A stretch of DNA of 63,501 bases, filler included, from Deltaproteobacteria bacterium (GCA_030698575.1; 8 parts of 8 records of this genome joined end to end with filler, not necessarily neighbours in it), one strand, 5' to 3'; counted from the whole stretch's first letter, positions 28,736 through 39,208 are shown. Translations and numbers: made by a program. Notes: generated from the sequence alone by a model not told the origin.

Positions 28736-28890
28736 TTTGTCAGGGGTGGTAGCCGGAGAGCGCGTGCCGGGGGATGGGCGTCGATGACGCGTCATAACCC
28801 GCCGTACGCGGGGCACAATCCGCGAATAACTTGTAGTCGGTAGGTACGGCATTGCCGGGCCCCGACCACATGAACGATGGGAGTACCGCA

Positions 28891-29103
28891 ATGCGTTCCA
28901 CCGGAACGGTTAAGTGGTTCAACGATAGCAAGGGCTTCGGTTTCATTACGCCGGAGAACGGAGAGAAGGATCTGTTTGTTCACCACTCCGCGATCCAGGC
29001 AGAGGGCTTCAAGTCACTCACCGAAGGCGAGCGAGTGGAGTTCGACGTCGTGCAGGGCCAGAAGGGCCCCGCCGCCGAGAACGTGGTCAAGCTGGATCGC
29101 TAG
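28891..29103 (+). CDS. csp: Cold-shock protein (CspA family)
   Basis: [24 protein letters not shown]. Confidence 0.97.
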   Translation: MRSTGTVKWFNDSKGFGFITPENGEKDLFVHHSAIQAEGFKSLTEGERVEFDVVQGQKGPAAENVVKLDR

Positions 29104-29133
29104 TAGCACGTTTGCCAGCGACGAAAGAACAGC

Positions 29134-29173
29134 GGGGGCCACTCCTCGGAAATCGGGGTGGCCCCGTTTTTTT
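29134..29173 (+). terminator. Intrinsic terminator
   Basis: GGGGCCACTCC..GGGGTGGCCCC followed by T7. Confidence 0.75.
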
Positions 29174-29288
29174 CTGAAGGATCCGCAGGCCAAGCCATCT
29201 ATTCAAGTTCCCGCATTCCGTTTTCAGCGATTTGCCCCCCAGAAACGCCGGGTCGGGTCGGGGTAGTTCCGTACAAACAGGAGAATTC

Positions 29289-30320
29289 ATGCCCGTGATC
29301 GGCAGCCGCACCGAGGATCGCCACCTGGCCGAGCATTGGAGGAAGATCGTCGTTCCCTATCGTGGCGCCGACACCGGCCGAAGCGTCGTGCAACTCGCGA
29401 CGACGGTATGCTTCTTCGCAGCCTCGTGGGCCGCGATGCTCTGGAGCATGGATGTCAGCTACCTGCTCACCCTCCTGTTCGCTCTGCCGGCCTCGGGGTT
29501 TCTGATTCGCCTCTTCATGATCCAGCACGATTGCGGGCATGGATCCTACTTCCAGCATCGACGCGCGCGAGACTGGGTCGGTTTCTGCATCGGGGTGATT
29601 ACCTTGATCCCCTACCGGTACTGGCGGAGGACGCACGCCCACCACCACGCGCATTCGGGGAACCTTGACTTCAAGAGCTTCGGCGACATTACGACTAAAA
29701 CGGTGCGCGAGTACCAGGAGTTGCCTCGACGCCGCAAGCTTGCCTATCGCCTCTACAGGCACCCGATCATCCTGCTTGGCATCGGCCCCACTTATCAGTT
29801 CGTGTTCAAGCACAGGTACCCCTGGGACATGCCTCGCACGTGGAAGAAAGAGTGGGGGAGTGTCTGGTGGACGAATCTATGCCTGGCGGGAATCGTCGTA
29901 CTGATGGCCCAGACGATCGGGCTTCAGCGGTTTCTGCTGATTCAGGTGCCTGTGACGCTAATGACGTGTACGATCGGGGTCTGGCTCTTCTACGTGCAGC
30001 ACCAGTTCGACAATACGTACTGGCGCCGGCAGCCCAATTGGAACTTCTTTGATGCGGTCCTCCAGGGGAGCTCGCACCTGGTCCTGCCGAAGCCGCTCCA
30101 GTGGATCACCGCCAGCATCGGGCTCCACCACGTGCACCACCTGAGCAGCATGATTCCGAACTACAAGCTCCAGGAATGTCTCGATTCCTGTCAGTCGCTC
30201 CAGGCAGCCACGCGGGTGAGAATCAAGGATACGTGGAAACTCCTCCGGCTCACTCTGTGGAATGAAGAGACAGGCCGGCTCGTCACCTTCGGGGATCTCC
30301 AGCAAAACCGATCGATCTAG
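29289..30320 (+). CDS. Membrane fatty acid desaturase
   Basis: Histidine boxes HDCGH, HAHHH and HHVHH. Confidence 0.93.
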   Translation: MPVIGSRTEDRHLAEHWRKIVVPYRGADTGRSVVQLATTVCFFAASWAAMLWSMDVSYLLTLLFALPASGFLIRLFMIQHDCGHGSYFQHRRARDWVGFCIGVITLIPYRYWRRTHAHHHAHSGNLDFKSFGDITTKTVREYQELPRRRKLAYRLYRHPIILLGIGPTYQFVFKHRYPWDMPRTWKKEWGSVWWTNLCLAGIVVLMAQTIGLQRFLLIQVPVTLMTCTIGVWLFYVQHQFDNTYWRRQPNWNFFDAVLQGSSHLVLPKPLQWITASIGLHHVHHLSSMIPNYKLQECLDSCQSLQAATRVRIKDTWKLLRLTLWNEETGRLVTFGDLQQNRSI

Positions 30321-30326
30321 ACACCA

Positions 30327-31565
30327 TCACCGACCCGTCGATCGAAGTCCCTGCCTCTTGAAGAAACCTTCAAAACTGATGCCGGCGACCTCCTCTGCCA
30401 CGGCACGCAAGCTCGCGGCAGAAAGCTCCTCGTCCTTCTGGACGAGCACGCGCACGACATCGTCGAGGCTCTTCGCACCGTTGGTTGCTTCGCTAATCTC
30501 GCTGTCCAGTAAGCCCAATATCTTCACTGCGCGCGACGTCACGTGCCCGTTAGCTTCGCCGGCCGTCAAGGATCCGGCCCCTCGGCCCTCGCGCGCCAGC
30601 CTGGCCATCGCTCGCTTGTAGCGCGCCTGGCCGATAGTTTTCGAGCGCACCAGCAGCTCGAGCCCGTAGCGCTCCGCCAGGCCCTCGACGATCCAGTCAT
30701 CCTGGGGAGAGGCGCCCGGCGGGAGAACGGTGTGAAGCAGCTCGTGCAGGAGTGGGCTTGTGGTGTCGGGGGTGAGGAGCGGACGGTTCGCGTGAATGTA
30801 CATCGAGGCGGGACCCGAAAGGCCGCCGCGCCACATCGGGTCCTCGGCGCCGACCACGAGAAGGCGGGGCGACGACTTGCCCAGGATGTCGCGCAGCTCG
30901 GGGAGTGTCCATCGGAGCATGGCGAGGATATCGAGCCTGCGAAGGCCGTGGCCCACGGGGGCGGCAATCGTCACGCGTGTCCCGGCCACTGTTTCCCGAA
31001 CGACTCCGATTCGCGACCCGGCGATGATCCACCCCGTAGGCCGCACGAAGCCGCGCTCGGGATTCTTGAGCAGGTAACGGCCGTTCTTCGTGGCGGGGTA
31101 GCGGGTGACGGCGGTCCACCCTTCCGGCACGCGCAGGCGGAGATAGGCCCGGGAACGGGCCCTCCGTCGCGTGGTTGCGCTTGCCGGCGGAATGAGGTTG
31201 TCTCCCCGGAAGATCGCCCAGTTCGCCGCGCAGCGAGCGTCGTAGCTCCGGGCGTCCCGAAGGCGATCGATCCGGAACGTGTATCGAAGCACGCCCCCTT
31301 TCCTCGGCGGCTTCCACTCGACGAAATCCTCTCCCTGCTCGATCGTGCCGTCTCCCTTGAAGTCGCGGTGGCGTTCCGGATCAATGGTGAAGCGGAGAGA
31401 GCGCAGAAAGTTATCGGGCTGGACCACGTGCACTGCGACCGCCGCCTCACGTTTCGTGGGAATGATGCGAGCGCTGTAGGAAACGTCATAGACCGGCTCC
31501 GCCCCGCACGTTGTGGCGGTCAGCAGGATGAAGATTCCCAGCCAGCATACCGCTTTGCGTTTCAC
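30327..31565 (-). CDS. Secreted gluzincin (M61-like) metallopeptidase
   Basis: Signal peptide; HELLH..WIVEGLAE. Confidence 0.65.
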   Translation of the reverse strand: MKRKAVCWLGIFILLTATTCGAEPVYDVSYSARIIPTKREAAVAVHVVQPDNFLRSLRFTIDPERHRDFKGDGTIEQGEDFVEWKPPRKGGVLRYTFRIDRLRDARSYDARCAANWAIFRGDNLIPPASATTRRRARSRAYLRLRVPEGWTAVTRYPATKNGRYLLKNPERGFVRPTGWIIAGSRIGVVRETVAGTRVTIAAPVGHGLRRLDILAMLRWTLPELRDILGKSSPRLLVVGAEDPMWRGGLSGPASMYIHANRPLLTPDTTSPLLHELLHTVLPPGASPQDDWIVEGLAERYGLELLVRSKTIGQARYKRAMARLAREGRGAGSLTAGEANGHVTSRAVKILGLLDSEISEATNGAKSLDDVVRVLVQKDEELSAASLRAVAEEVAGISFEGFFKRQGLRSTGR

Positions 31566-32530
31566 TCCATCTCCTTTGCACTCGATGCAATCTCACGGCC
31601 AAGCGCCACGCGCTCGGCGCGTGATCGCTTGGTGGCCGCCTCGCGATCGACTGCCTTGAGTCTGGGCAGGAGCCCCGCGCGGTTGGCGATCTGCACGGCG
31701 AGGCCTGGCCTCGCATTGAGCTCCAGGATCATCGGCCCCTGGTTGGCGTCGACCACAACGTCGGCCCCGATGTAGCCGAGGCCGGTCTCATCGCCGGCCG
31801 CGACCGCGATGTCGAGCACCTTCTCGAAACTCGGAATCTCGCGGCCAATAAGGGTCTCACCGGTGTCCGGGTGATTCCTGATGTGCCGGTTCGCCAGCAC
31901 CGCATGAACGATTCTCCCGCTGCTCAGATCGACACCGGCCCCGACGGCGCCCTGGTGCAGGTTGGCCCGCCCGCCGGACTGGCGGGTGGGAAGCCGGGTC
32001 ATCGCCATGACCGGGACGCCGCGATACAGGATCACGCGGACGTCGGGCACCCCGTCGGATGCAATGGCGGCGAATTCCGGATGCACGTTGAGCTTTTCCT
32101 CGAGGATCGCCGCGTCGGGCTGTCCGCCGAGCGAGTAGAGGCCCGAGAGGATGCTCGATGCATGTTGGATCAGCCACGGCAGCGTCACCGTTCGTCCTCC
32201 GGGCCTGAGAAAGCGATCCCGGTCCCTCGCGAGCACGACGACGATGCCGTTTCCCATGGCGCCGCTTGCCGGCTTGAGGACGAAGTTCGAAACACTTTCC
32301 ATGGCGGCTCCGAGCTGGCGGAGTTCGAAGTGATGGCGCGCAACGGCGAGAAGGCGTGGCGCCGGGATCCCGGCCGCCTCGCAAATGCGCTTGGTGATGA
32401 TCTTGTCGTCCACCGTTTTGTAGAGACGGCGCGGATTCCAGTGCAGGGTGTATTCCGCGTTGCGGCGGTTGATTCCGAGCACGCCCCGGCGGCGCAGTTC
32501 CTTGAGAATCCTTACCGGCAGAACGCTCAC
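31562..32530 (-). CDS. Alpha-L-glutamate ligase-like ATP-grasp protein
   Basis: GINRRN, VDDK, FVLKP, RANLHQGA, LELNARPGL..Q.AN. Confidence 0.9.
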   Translation of the reverse strand: MSVLPVRILKELRRRGVLGINRRNAEYTLHWNPRRLYKTVDDKIITKRICEAAGIPAPRLLAVARHHFELRQLGAAMESVSNFVLKPASGAMGNGIVVVLARDRDRFLRPGGRTVTLPWLIQHASSILSGLYSLGGQPDAAILEEKLNVHPEFAAIASDGVPDVRVILYRGVPVMAMTRLPTRQSGGRANLHQGAVGAGVDLSSGRIVHAVLANRHIRNHPDTGETLIGREIPSFEKVLDIAVAAGDETGLGYIGADVVVDANQGPMILELNARPGLAVQIANRAGLLPRLKAVDREAATKRSRAERVALGREIASSAKEME

Positions 32531-34101
32531 TGGCGTTCCCCTTCTGCCAGCCCGCGGAAGCGAATCAGATCCGAGAGGCGGTATCCCGTATAGCCGCCGA
32601 TCCAGACGAGCGTGCCTATTACGACGAACACCAGCTCGGGGAAGCTGAACATGATGTGCTGGGCGCCCACGCTCTGAAATATGCCGTACACCGCCACGGC
32701 GGCAGAGACCGACCAGCCCGCTTTCACGAGCACCGCCCTCGTGCCTTCTTCCTCCAGGGTTACGGAAACGCGTTCGATGAGCATCGTGAGGATCACCATC
32801 GGAAGCAGCACACCGCCGAAGAAATCACGTGTGTCGGCGCCCCTGCCCAGGAGCGCGAGGCCAGTGACCAGAAGCACCACGAAGCAGAGAAGGATCGCAA
32901 GGCGCGGCACGAGCAGCAGGCGCAGACGGTCGAGACCGATGCGGCCCAGCAGCCCGATCGCGATCACGGCGCCCACGATGGCCAGCCCGGGGAGAAGAGC
33001 GGTGGTGCGGAGCGCCAGCGCGATCAGCACGGGCATGAAGGTCCCGAACGTAGGAACGCCGATCACGTTTCGGAAGATTGCGACCATGAGCGCCCCGAGC
33101 GGCAGGAGGAGCAGTGCGCGCAGCGCGGACTGCGTTTCCACGGGGAGCCGGTAGAGTGAGAGGCGGGCAAGGAGCGGGTCGGCCGGCACCATCATCGCGT
33201 AGAGTTCTTCGGGCCGCAGATGCTCCCGCAGCCCTCGCCAGCGGTGACCCACGGCCTCGACTCCCGTCGCCTCGACGAGCACGAAGTCCCCGCGCCGAAG
33301 CACCACGGTGGAAGCCGGCGCACTTCCCATCTGGGCATCGTTCGGGGCGAGGGGCACCCAAAGATCGCCAAGCCAGGCTTCGGCCCAGAGGACGGGCCTC
33401 GGGTCGGAACCTTCTCGAAGCTGGAGTCCGCCGACCGGGCGCGCCGGGATGCCCGCGGCGCGGAGAAGGGCGACGAGGAGCCGGATGCGTCCCTCCGGAC
33501 GCCCCTCGCGCGCAGCGAGTGTCAGGAGTGCGTCCTCGCTACCGTGGTTGGTCTTACCCACCTCGTCTGTGACGAATCCAAAGAGCAGGCGGAGCCGCGC
33601 GGCGGGCTCGGCGGCCGGGGCGAGCGTCTCGAGCAGGGCCTTCACTTCAGGTGAGGCCGCGGGAAAGTCCGTGCTCTCTCTCCCGTACTGGGAAACTATC
33701 TCGGCAGGGGGCGGCGGCAGGAGCCCTTCCGGGATCTCGACGGGCGGCGCTTTGGTCAGGTCCACCCGGAATCCGTAGAGGAGGTTGTGAACTCCGCGAA
33801 GGCGGCCGCTCCAGATACCGGTGCGCTGATAGCCTTCCGTACGAATCGCGAAGAGGAGACGATCAGGAGAGTTCGACTCGTCGAAGATCACCTGCCGCGC
33901 ACTCGTGGTCGGCAGCCCGGCCCTGACGCTCCCCCGGGAATTACCGCGCGCCGTGACCGACAGCTCCACTCGCCAGGGCCCGGCAGAATCAGAGGGCGTC
34001 ACAGGCAGCGCGAGCAGCACCGACTTCCAAAGGAAGACGGCGAGCCCGAAGATCACCACCACCGTTCCGACAATGACTGGTCCGCGTCCGAACATTCCCA
34101 T
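32527..34101 (-). CDS. Inactive transglutaminase plus 7TM (UUP1-family) membrane protein
   Basis: LLRAAGIPAR without the catalytic Cys; RNVIGVPTFGTFMPVLIAL, LLLVPRL, PMVILTMLIER, GYRLSDL.RF. Confidence 0.88.
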   Translation of the reverse strand: MGMFGRGPVIVGTVVVIFGLAVFLWKSVLLALPVTPSDSAGPWRVELSVTARGNSRGSVRAGLPTTSARQVIFDESNSPDRLLFAIRTEGYQRTGIWSGRLRGVHNLLYGFRVDLTKAPPVEIPEGLLPPPPAEIVSQYGRESTDFPAASPEVKALLETLAPAAEPAARLRLLFGFVTDEVGKTNHGSEDALLTLAAREGRPEGRIRLLVALLRAAGIPARPVGGLQLREGSDPRPVLWAEAWLGDLWVPLAPNDAQMGSAPASTVVLRRGDFVLVEATGVEAVGHRWRGLREHLRPEELYAMMVPADPLLARLSLYRLPVETQSALRALLLLPLGALMVAIFRNVIGVPTFGTFMPVLIALALRTTALLPGLAIVGAVIAIGLLGRIGLDRLRLLLVPRLAILLCFVVLLVTGLALLGRGADTRDFFGGVLLPMVILTMLIERVSVTLEEEGTRAVLVKAGWSVSAAVAVYGIFQSVGAQHIMFSFPELVFVVIGTLVWIGGYTGYRLSDLIRFRGLAEGERQ

Positions 34102-34119
34102 CTTTGATCTTTCTCCGTG

Positions 34120-35331
34120 CTACTCGGGACGCGCGTCGATCTCGAATGGCTCGTCCAGCGCATCGTCGGGCTCCGCGCCCTGAATGGGAAAGGTGGCGGG
34201 CTGGTTGGTGTCCACGCCCACATAGAAGGCCGCGAATCCCGGCATGACCACCTGGTTTACCGCCATCCCCAGCACCGTGCCGGCGTACGGGGTCACGACC
34301 TCCGTGCTCTCGTTCGAAATGGGATCGGTCACGTGGCCGAGCACCTGTCCCGCCTGCACGTGGTCGCCGAGTTTGGCAGTCGCCAGAAAGATGCCTCCGT
34401 CGTTGGCCCTCACCCAGTGCCAGTTATAGAAAATCTGCTGGCCGCGGATGGCGCGAGGCTTTTCTTTCGACATGCCCTGATTGGCCAGCAGATTCCGGAC
34501 CCCTTCGACGCCGCGCCGGACTTCCTGCTCGCGGAGTTCCATCGGCTCACCCGCCTCGTAGGTAAGGGCCGGGACCCCGGCGTCCACCGCCGCGCGTCTC
34601 AGGACGCCCGGCGTGCCCAGATTGTGAACGACCGTCTTGGATCCGAAACCGATAGCGAAGGAATAGACTTCGGGACGCGAGAGATCGGCGCGGACCTGGG
34701 GCAGATTGCGGCGGTGAAAGGAACCGGTATGGAAGTCCACCAGCAAGCCGCATTTCCTGATGACGCGCTCGAATAGCTGATGCGCGATGCGGGAGGCGGA
34801 GCTGCCGTTCGGGTTTCCGGGGAAATGACGGTTCAGATCGCGGCGGTCGGGCAGATAGCGCGAGGATCGGCGAAAGCCATGCATGTTGGCCATGGGCACT
34901 CCGATGATCGTGCCGGCGAGATCCTTCGGATCCATCTCGTCCAGGGCGCGCCGCACGATCTCGACGCCGTTGATCTCGTCGCCGTGAATGCCGGCCGTGA
35001 GGCAGAGGGTGGGCCCGGTGCGGACGCCGCGCAGAACGACAACGGGGGTGGAGACCGAATGCCCGGCGAAGGTCTCCCCGATGCCGAGGTAGAGCACGCG
35101 TCGTTCGCCGGGCTGGATGTGACCGTCGACGAGCTCGAGAGGCCCCCAGGGCTCGGGATCTGCTGCGTTGAGGGGGGCGATCAGGCAGAGGGTGACCGAG
35201 AAAAAAACACAAGCCGCCGCGGCATAAAGCCGCGGACGGGAGCTTGAGGCCAGGCGTTCGAGAGCCCCGCGCGCCCTTGAGGCGACGACTTCGGAGCCCT
35301 CCCTGGTATCTGGATTGTGCGACCGGCCCAT
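34120..35331 (-). CDS. Succinylglutamate desuccinylase/aspartoacylase (M14-like) family protein; start uncertain
   Basis: AGIHGDEING, RDLNRHFPG, DFHTG, YEAGE. Confidence 0.88.
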   Translation of the reverse strand: MGRSHNPDTREGSEVVASRARGALERLASSSRPRLYAAAACVFFSVTLCLIAPLNAADPEPWGPLELVDGHIQPGERRVLYLGIGETFAGHSVSTPVVVLRGVRTGPTLCLTAGIHGDEINGVEIVRRALDEMDPKDLAGTIIGVPMANMHGFRRSSRYLPDRRDLNRHFPGNPNGSSASRIAHQLFERVIRKCGLLVDFHTGSFHRRNLPQVRADLSRPEVYSFAIGFGSKTVVHNLGTPGVLRRAAVDAGVPALTYEAGEPMELREQEVRRGVEGVRNLLANQGMSKEKPRAIRGQQIFYNWHWVRANDGGIFLATAKLGDHVQAGQVLGHVTDPISNESTEVVTPYAGTVLGMAVNQVVMPGFAAFYVGVDTNQPATFPIQGAEPDDALDEPFEIDARPE

Positions 35332-35452
35332 TGGGGGGCACACATTAGCATATTCCGGGCGGTTTTCTCGTTCTTGCCGGTGCGCGGGGCGGGGCGGGCG
35401 GGTCCCAGGACCGGGGTGCCCCAACCTGGGGTGCCCGACAAGGCCGCCACGG

Positions 35453-35674
35453 CTACTTCATCTCACGGTCCTGCTTCAGGCGTTCCTTCTTGATGATCTC
35501 GCCGAGCGTTCGGGAGGCCATCCGCCAGAAAAGGAGGCCAAGGACGAGGGGGGATCCGACGGCGAGCAGGAGCGTCATCGTGACGCTGTCGGTCAGCCTC
35601 CAGAGCGCGAAGGCCCCGCATGCCCAGAGCACGAAAGCCAGGAAACTCCACCGCATCTTTGCCTCCATGACCAT
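35453..35674 (-). CDS. Small 2-TM hypothetical protein
   Basis: Two hydrophobic helices and a charged tail. Confidence 0.5.
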   Translation of the reverse strand: MVMEAKMRWSFLAFVLWACGAFALWRLTDSVTMTLLLAVGSPLVLGLLFWRMASRTLGEIIKKERLKQDREMK

Positions 35675-35873
35675 CGCCGCCTCAGAGACGGCGATATGCC
35701 CGCGTCGCTTGCCGCTGATCCTTGATCTTACGACCGCCCCGCGTCAAGCTGTGGTTACATGACCTTTTCGCCTCTCGTTCATCTTCTATCGTTGCCGCAG
35801 CGCAAGTGGGGTCAGACCCGCTAGCGCGAGCTGAAATCCTGAAAGCGACCACCGTCCGCGTGAGGGAGACTTC

Positions 35874-37088
35874 ATGACCCAGCTTCCCGATGATCCCTGG
35901 AAGGGCTGCGACCCGTTCGATCCCGCTTTTCGGGACGACCCTTACCCGGGCCTGCGACGCCTCCGCGAGATCGACCCGGTGAACGAGACGCCGGTGGGAA
36001 TCTGGCGGCTGCTGCGGTACGCCGACGTGCAGCGGCTGCTGGGAGATGTGCGCTGCGGCGTGCGGACGACCGATGGCATTCTGCCCGGCGTGGACGAATC
36101 CCTTCAGGGGCAGCGCCTCTTCATGCTCCAGCAGGACCCTCCCAATCACGCCCGGCTCCGGCGGCTGGTGAGCCATGCCTTCACGCCGCGGGCGCTCTCC
36201 GCCTGGCGTGAGGAGATTGATCGCGTGGTCGAGGAGTGCCTCGATCGGGCGGCGAAGCGCGGCGAGATGGACGTCATCCGGGATCTGGCGCTGCCCGTCC
36301 CCGCGACTGTCATTTGCTGGATCCTCGGCGTGCCGGTCGAGGACCGCGATCGCTTCACGGAATGGACCTCGCAAGCCACGCTCGGCCTCGCCGCGCCGAT
36401 TCTCCCGCCCGAGATGCTCGAACAGGCCCGCGCGGCGGGTGAGAAGCTGCTCGAGTACTTCAGCGGGCTCATCGCCGAGCGCAGGGCCGAGCCCCGGGAC
36501 GATCTCCTGAGCGCGCTCATCCGCGCTGAAGAGGAAGGCGACAAGCTCTCCTTCGAGGAGTTGCAGTCGCAGGCCACCGGGCTCCTGATCGCGGGTTTCG
36601 AGACGACGATCGGCCTCATCGGGAACGGGGTGCGAGCACTCATCCAGCACCCGGATCAGGCGGAGAAGCTGCGCGCCAGGCCCGAACTCATCGGAAGCGC
36701 CGTCAAGGAGTGCCTTCGTTTTGACGGGCCCATCGTGCTCACCGTGCGCATCCTGCACGAGGACGCTGGGTTCGGGGACAAGATGATTCCCAAGAACAGC
36801 ATGGTCTGGGCCATGCTGGCCTCGGCGAACCGCGATCCCGAAGTATTCGCCGAGCCCGATCGATTCGACATCGAGCGCGATGCCTCCGATCACGTCGCTT
36901 TCGGTGGAGGCGCGCACTTCTGCCTCGGACACCGCCTCGCGACAATGGAGGGCGAGGCGGCCATAGGCGGTCTCGTGCGCCGATTTCGCGATCTGCGCCT
37001 GCGGTCCGAGACGGTGGAATGGGGTGCGTCCCTGTTTCGGGTTCCGGGGAGCCTGCCGATTACCTTTTCAGAGAGCGGTTCGTCTTGA
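35874..37088 (+). CDS. Cytochrome P450
   Basis: DPPNH.RLR, AGFETT, ECLR, FGGGAHFCLG. Confidence 0.96.
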   Translation: MTQLPDDPWKGCDPFDPAFRDDPYPGLRRLREIDPVNETPVGIWRLLRYADVQRLLGDVRCGVRTTDGILPGVDESLQGQRLFMLQQDPPNHARLRRLVSHAFTPRALSAWREEIDRVVEECLDRAAKRGEMDVIRDLALPVPATVICWILGVPVEDRDRFTEWTSQATLGLAAPILPPEMLEQARAAGEKLLEYFSGLIAERRAEPRDDLLSALIRAEEEGDKLSFEELQSQATGLLIAGFETTIGLIGNGVRALIQHPDQAEKLRARPELIGSAVKECLRFDGPIVLTVRILHEDAGFGDKMIPKNSMVWAMLASANRDPEVFAEPDRFDIERDASDHVAFGGGAHFCLGHRLATMEGEAAIGGLVRRFRDLRLRSETVEWGASLFRVPGSLPITFSESGSS

Positions 37089-37810
37089 GTTCCCGGGGCG
37101 CCGCTGTCCTCCTGACCTGCCTCCTGACGGTGACGTTGCCTCTGGCGGGTCTGGCAGGCGAGGCGACGCATGTCGTCACCGGCTCGGCGCCGCTTATGGT
37201 TTCCGCGTCAGGCCTGGCGCCTTCCGGGGGCAGGTTCCTGGTGGCGGCGCGCGGCATGCGGGATCCCCGTTTTTCGGAGACGGTCATCCTTCTCGTCGTG
37301 CATGACGAGAATGGGACCATGGGCCTTGTCATCAACCGCCCCACGAAGGTTCCGCTTTCGAAGGCGCTCCCCCAGATCAGCTGGCCCGACGACCCGCCGC
37401 GATATCTCTTTCTCGGCGGACCGGTGATCCCGCAGGGCGTCTCTTTCCTTCTACGTTCCCGGGAGACGCCCGAGCCCGCGCTGAGAATTCTCGACGGCGT
37501 TTTCCACAGCGGAAGTCCGGCGCTCCTGGCGGAAACCGCAGCCGGGAAGGCGCCGGGGACCGAGTTTCGCGTCTTCGCCGGCCACGCGGGATGGGCGCCC
37601 GGGCAGCTCGACGGCGAGCTGAAGCGGGGAGACTGGCGGGTCCTCGAAGCGCAGGCGGAGGACGTCTTTCACGAGCCGCCTTCGGAGATCTGGCAGGAGC
37701 TTGTTCAGAGAGCGGAAGGCGAGTGGGTGCGACTGCACGGCTGCGGGCCCGCAACCACTTGCAGCCGCCCCGGCGGATCTGCAACTGTCCTCGCGCGACG
37801 AATTCGATGA
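37085..37810 (+). CDS. YqgE/AlgH family protein with signal peptide
   Basis: DPRFSETVI, MGLVINRP, GGPV, GHAGWAPGQLDGE. Confidence 0.88.
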   Translation: MSSRGAAVLLTCLLTVTLPLAGLAGEATHVVTGSAPLMVSASGLAPSGGRFLVAARGMRDPRFSETVILLVVHDENGTMGLVINRPTKVPLSKALPQISWPDDPPRYLFLGGPVIPQGVSFLLRSRETPEPALRILDGVFHSGSPALLAETAAGKAPGTEFRVFAGHAGWAPGQLDGELKRGDWRVLEAQAEDVFHEPPSEIWQELVQRAEGEWVRLHGCGPATTCSRPGGSATVLARRIR

Positions 37811-38394
37811 TATACCAGCGCCGATGAAACCATCAGGATGAAAAGCACGACCCCCTTGACGCCCAGCGCGGGCACGACGCCCGCCGGCGCGTCGATCTGC
37901 ACCGACGCGGCGTTGGCAGCCGGATCGATGTTGTTCTCCGCGGGAAAGCCCTGATGCACCTCCGCCACGTCCAGTTGCCAGTCCACCCCTGACGCTGAAT
38001 CCAGCGTTCCGAGATCGTAAGTCACTTCGTAGAGCTGCGTTGTCGTGACGCTCCCAAAGCCCGACACGGCCGAGGGATTCCCCTCGAAGCCCGACAGAAA
38101 GCCCAGGCCCGAAAGATCGGCGCTGGTGGCGAAGCTGATCTCGCCCGCGTCGATCATCTTGAGGCTGATGTAGCCGGAGATGGTGTGCTGGGTGTCCATC
38201 GTCACGCGGAAGGTGAGCGCGGTGTCGGCGGGTGACGGCGTGACCACGACAGTTCCGTCACTCTCTTGCACGCCGGAGGCCAGCGTGCCCGAAGCGTCGC
38301 CGATGACCTCGACCCGGATGCCGATGAGCGCGTTCGCGGCGCCGGGGGAAAGGGCGCCGCCTACGGTGAGCAGTATGAGGAGAGCGTAGCGCAT
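37705..38394 (-). CDS. Secreted protein with IPTL-CTERM-like anchor
   Basis: Signal peptide ending ANA; C-terminal VPALG, TM, RIRR. Confidence 0.6.
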   Translation of the reverse strand: MRYALLILLTVGGALSPGAANALIGIRVEVIGDASGTLASGVQESDGTVVVTPSPADTALTFRVTMDTQHTISGYISLKMIDAGEISFATSADLSGLGFLSGFEGNPSAVSGFGSVTTTQLYEVTYDLGTLDSASGVDWQLDVAEVHQGFPAENNIDPAANAASVQIDAPAGVVPALGVKGVVLFILMVSSALVYHRIRRARTVADPPGRLQVVAGPQPCSRTHSPSAL

Positions 38395-38539
38395 GATCTT
38401 CCGGATTCTAGCAGAAGAGGCGGAAATCGGGGCTTCTGGAGGCTCCACGCTCGTTCAATGATGAAGTTGACCTGTATCTCCTGATGACCGATGCTATCAC
38501 GGCGGCAGGACCATAAACGCTCGAGGGGAGGGGACTCGC

Positions 38540-39136
38540 ATGAAAAGAATCGCTGTGATCGCGGCCATCCTGGCCATCCTGGCCGGCTGCATGACCGAGA
38601 CGGCCCGGTTCAAGCCAGTGGAGGTTGCGGCAGTTGGCGCAACGAAAGTGGACGCACGGGCAATCGGCCTGCTGCCGCTCAAGGACGACAGACCCAATCA
38701 AAAAGCGGGGCACATCGGTGGTCTTCGCATCAAGGCCGATGACGCCGCGCTCGCCCACGTCGGGGGCACCCTCGCGAAGATGCTCGTCGAGAGGGGGTTC
38801 CGGGTAGTTGAGACGACCGGCGATCAGAGCGAGCCCGGCCCCCTGCAACTGCCGGGCGGCGCAATCAAGACCATCGCCCCAGTGCTCCAGGCGATGAAGA
38901 TTTCGACCGCCGACGCGATCCTGTTCACCGCGGTAAGCGACGTCGATCTCGCCGTTACCGTGTATGACGTCGGCGGGAAAGCGATCTACGCCCGCAAGGC
39001 GCACGGCGAGAACAAGGGGCGTCTCTGGGTCTCCATGAACTACGGGAAGAAAAGCGCGAACGCGATGTCCATGGCCGTCGATGACGCACTCCTGCAGATC
39101 TGCGAGGACCCGGAGTTCCTGGCCGCATTGCAGTAG
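38540..39136 (+). CDS. Hypothetical lipoprotein
   Basis: LAGC lipobox. Confidence 0.75.
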   Translation: MKRIAVIAAILAILAGCMTETARFKPVEVAAVGATKVDARAIGLLPLKDDRPNQKAGHIGGLRIKADDAALAHVGGTLAKMLVERGFRVVETTGDQSEPGPLQLPGGAIKTIAPVLQAMKISTADAILFTAVSDVDLAVTVYDVGGKAIYARKAHGENKGRLWVSMNYGKKSANAMSMAVDDALLQICEDPEFLAALQ

Positions 39137-39208
39137 ATCGGCTGCCTGCCATCGACTACCGGAGGCGGGTGAGGCGTTGTCAGAGCGCCGGGCCCGGGGA
39201 GGACGACG

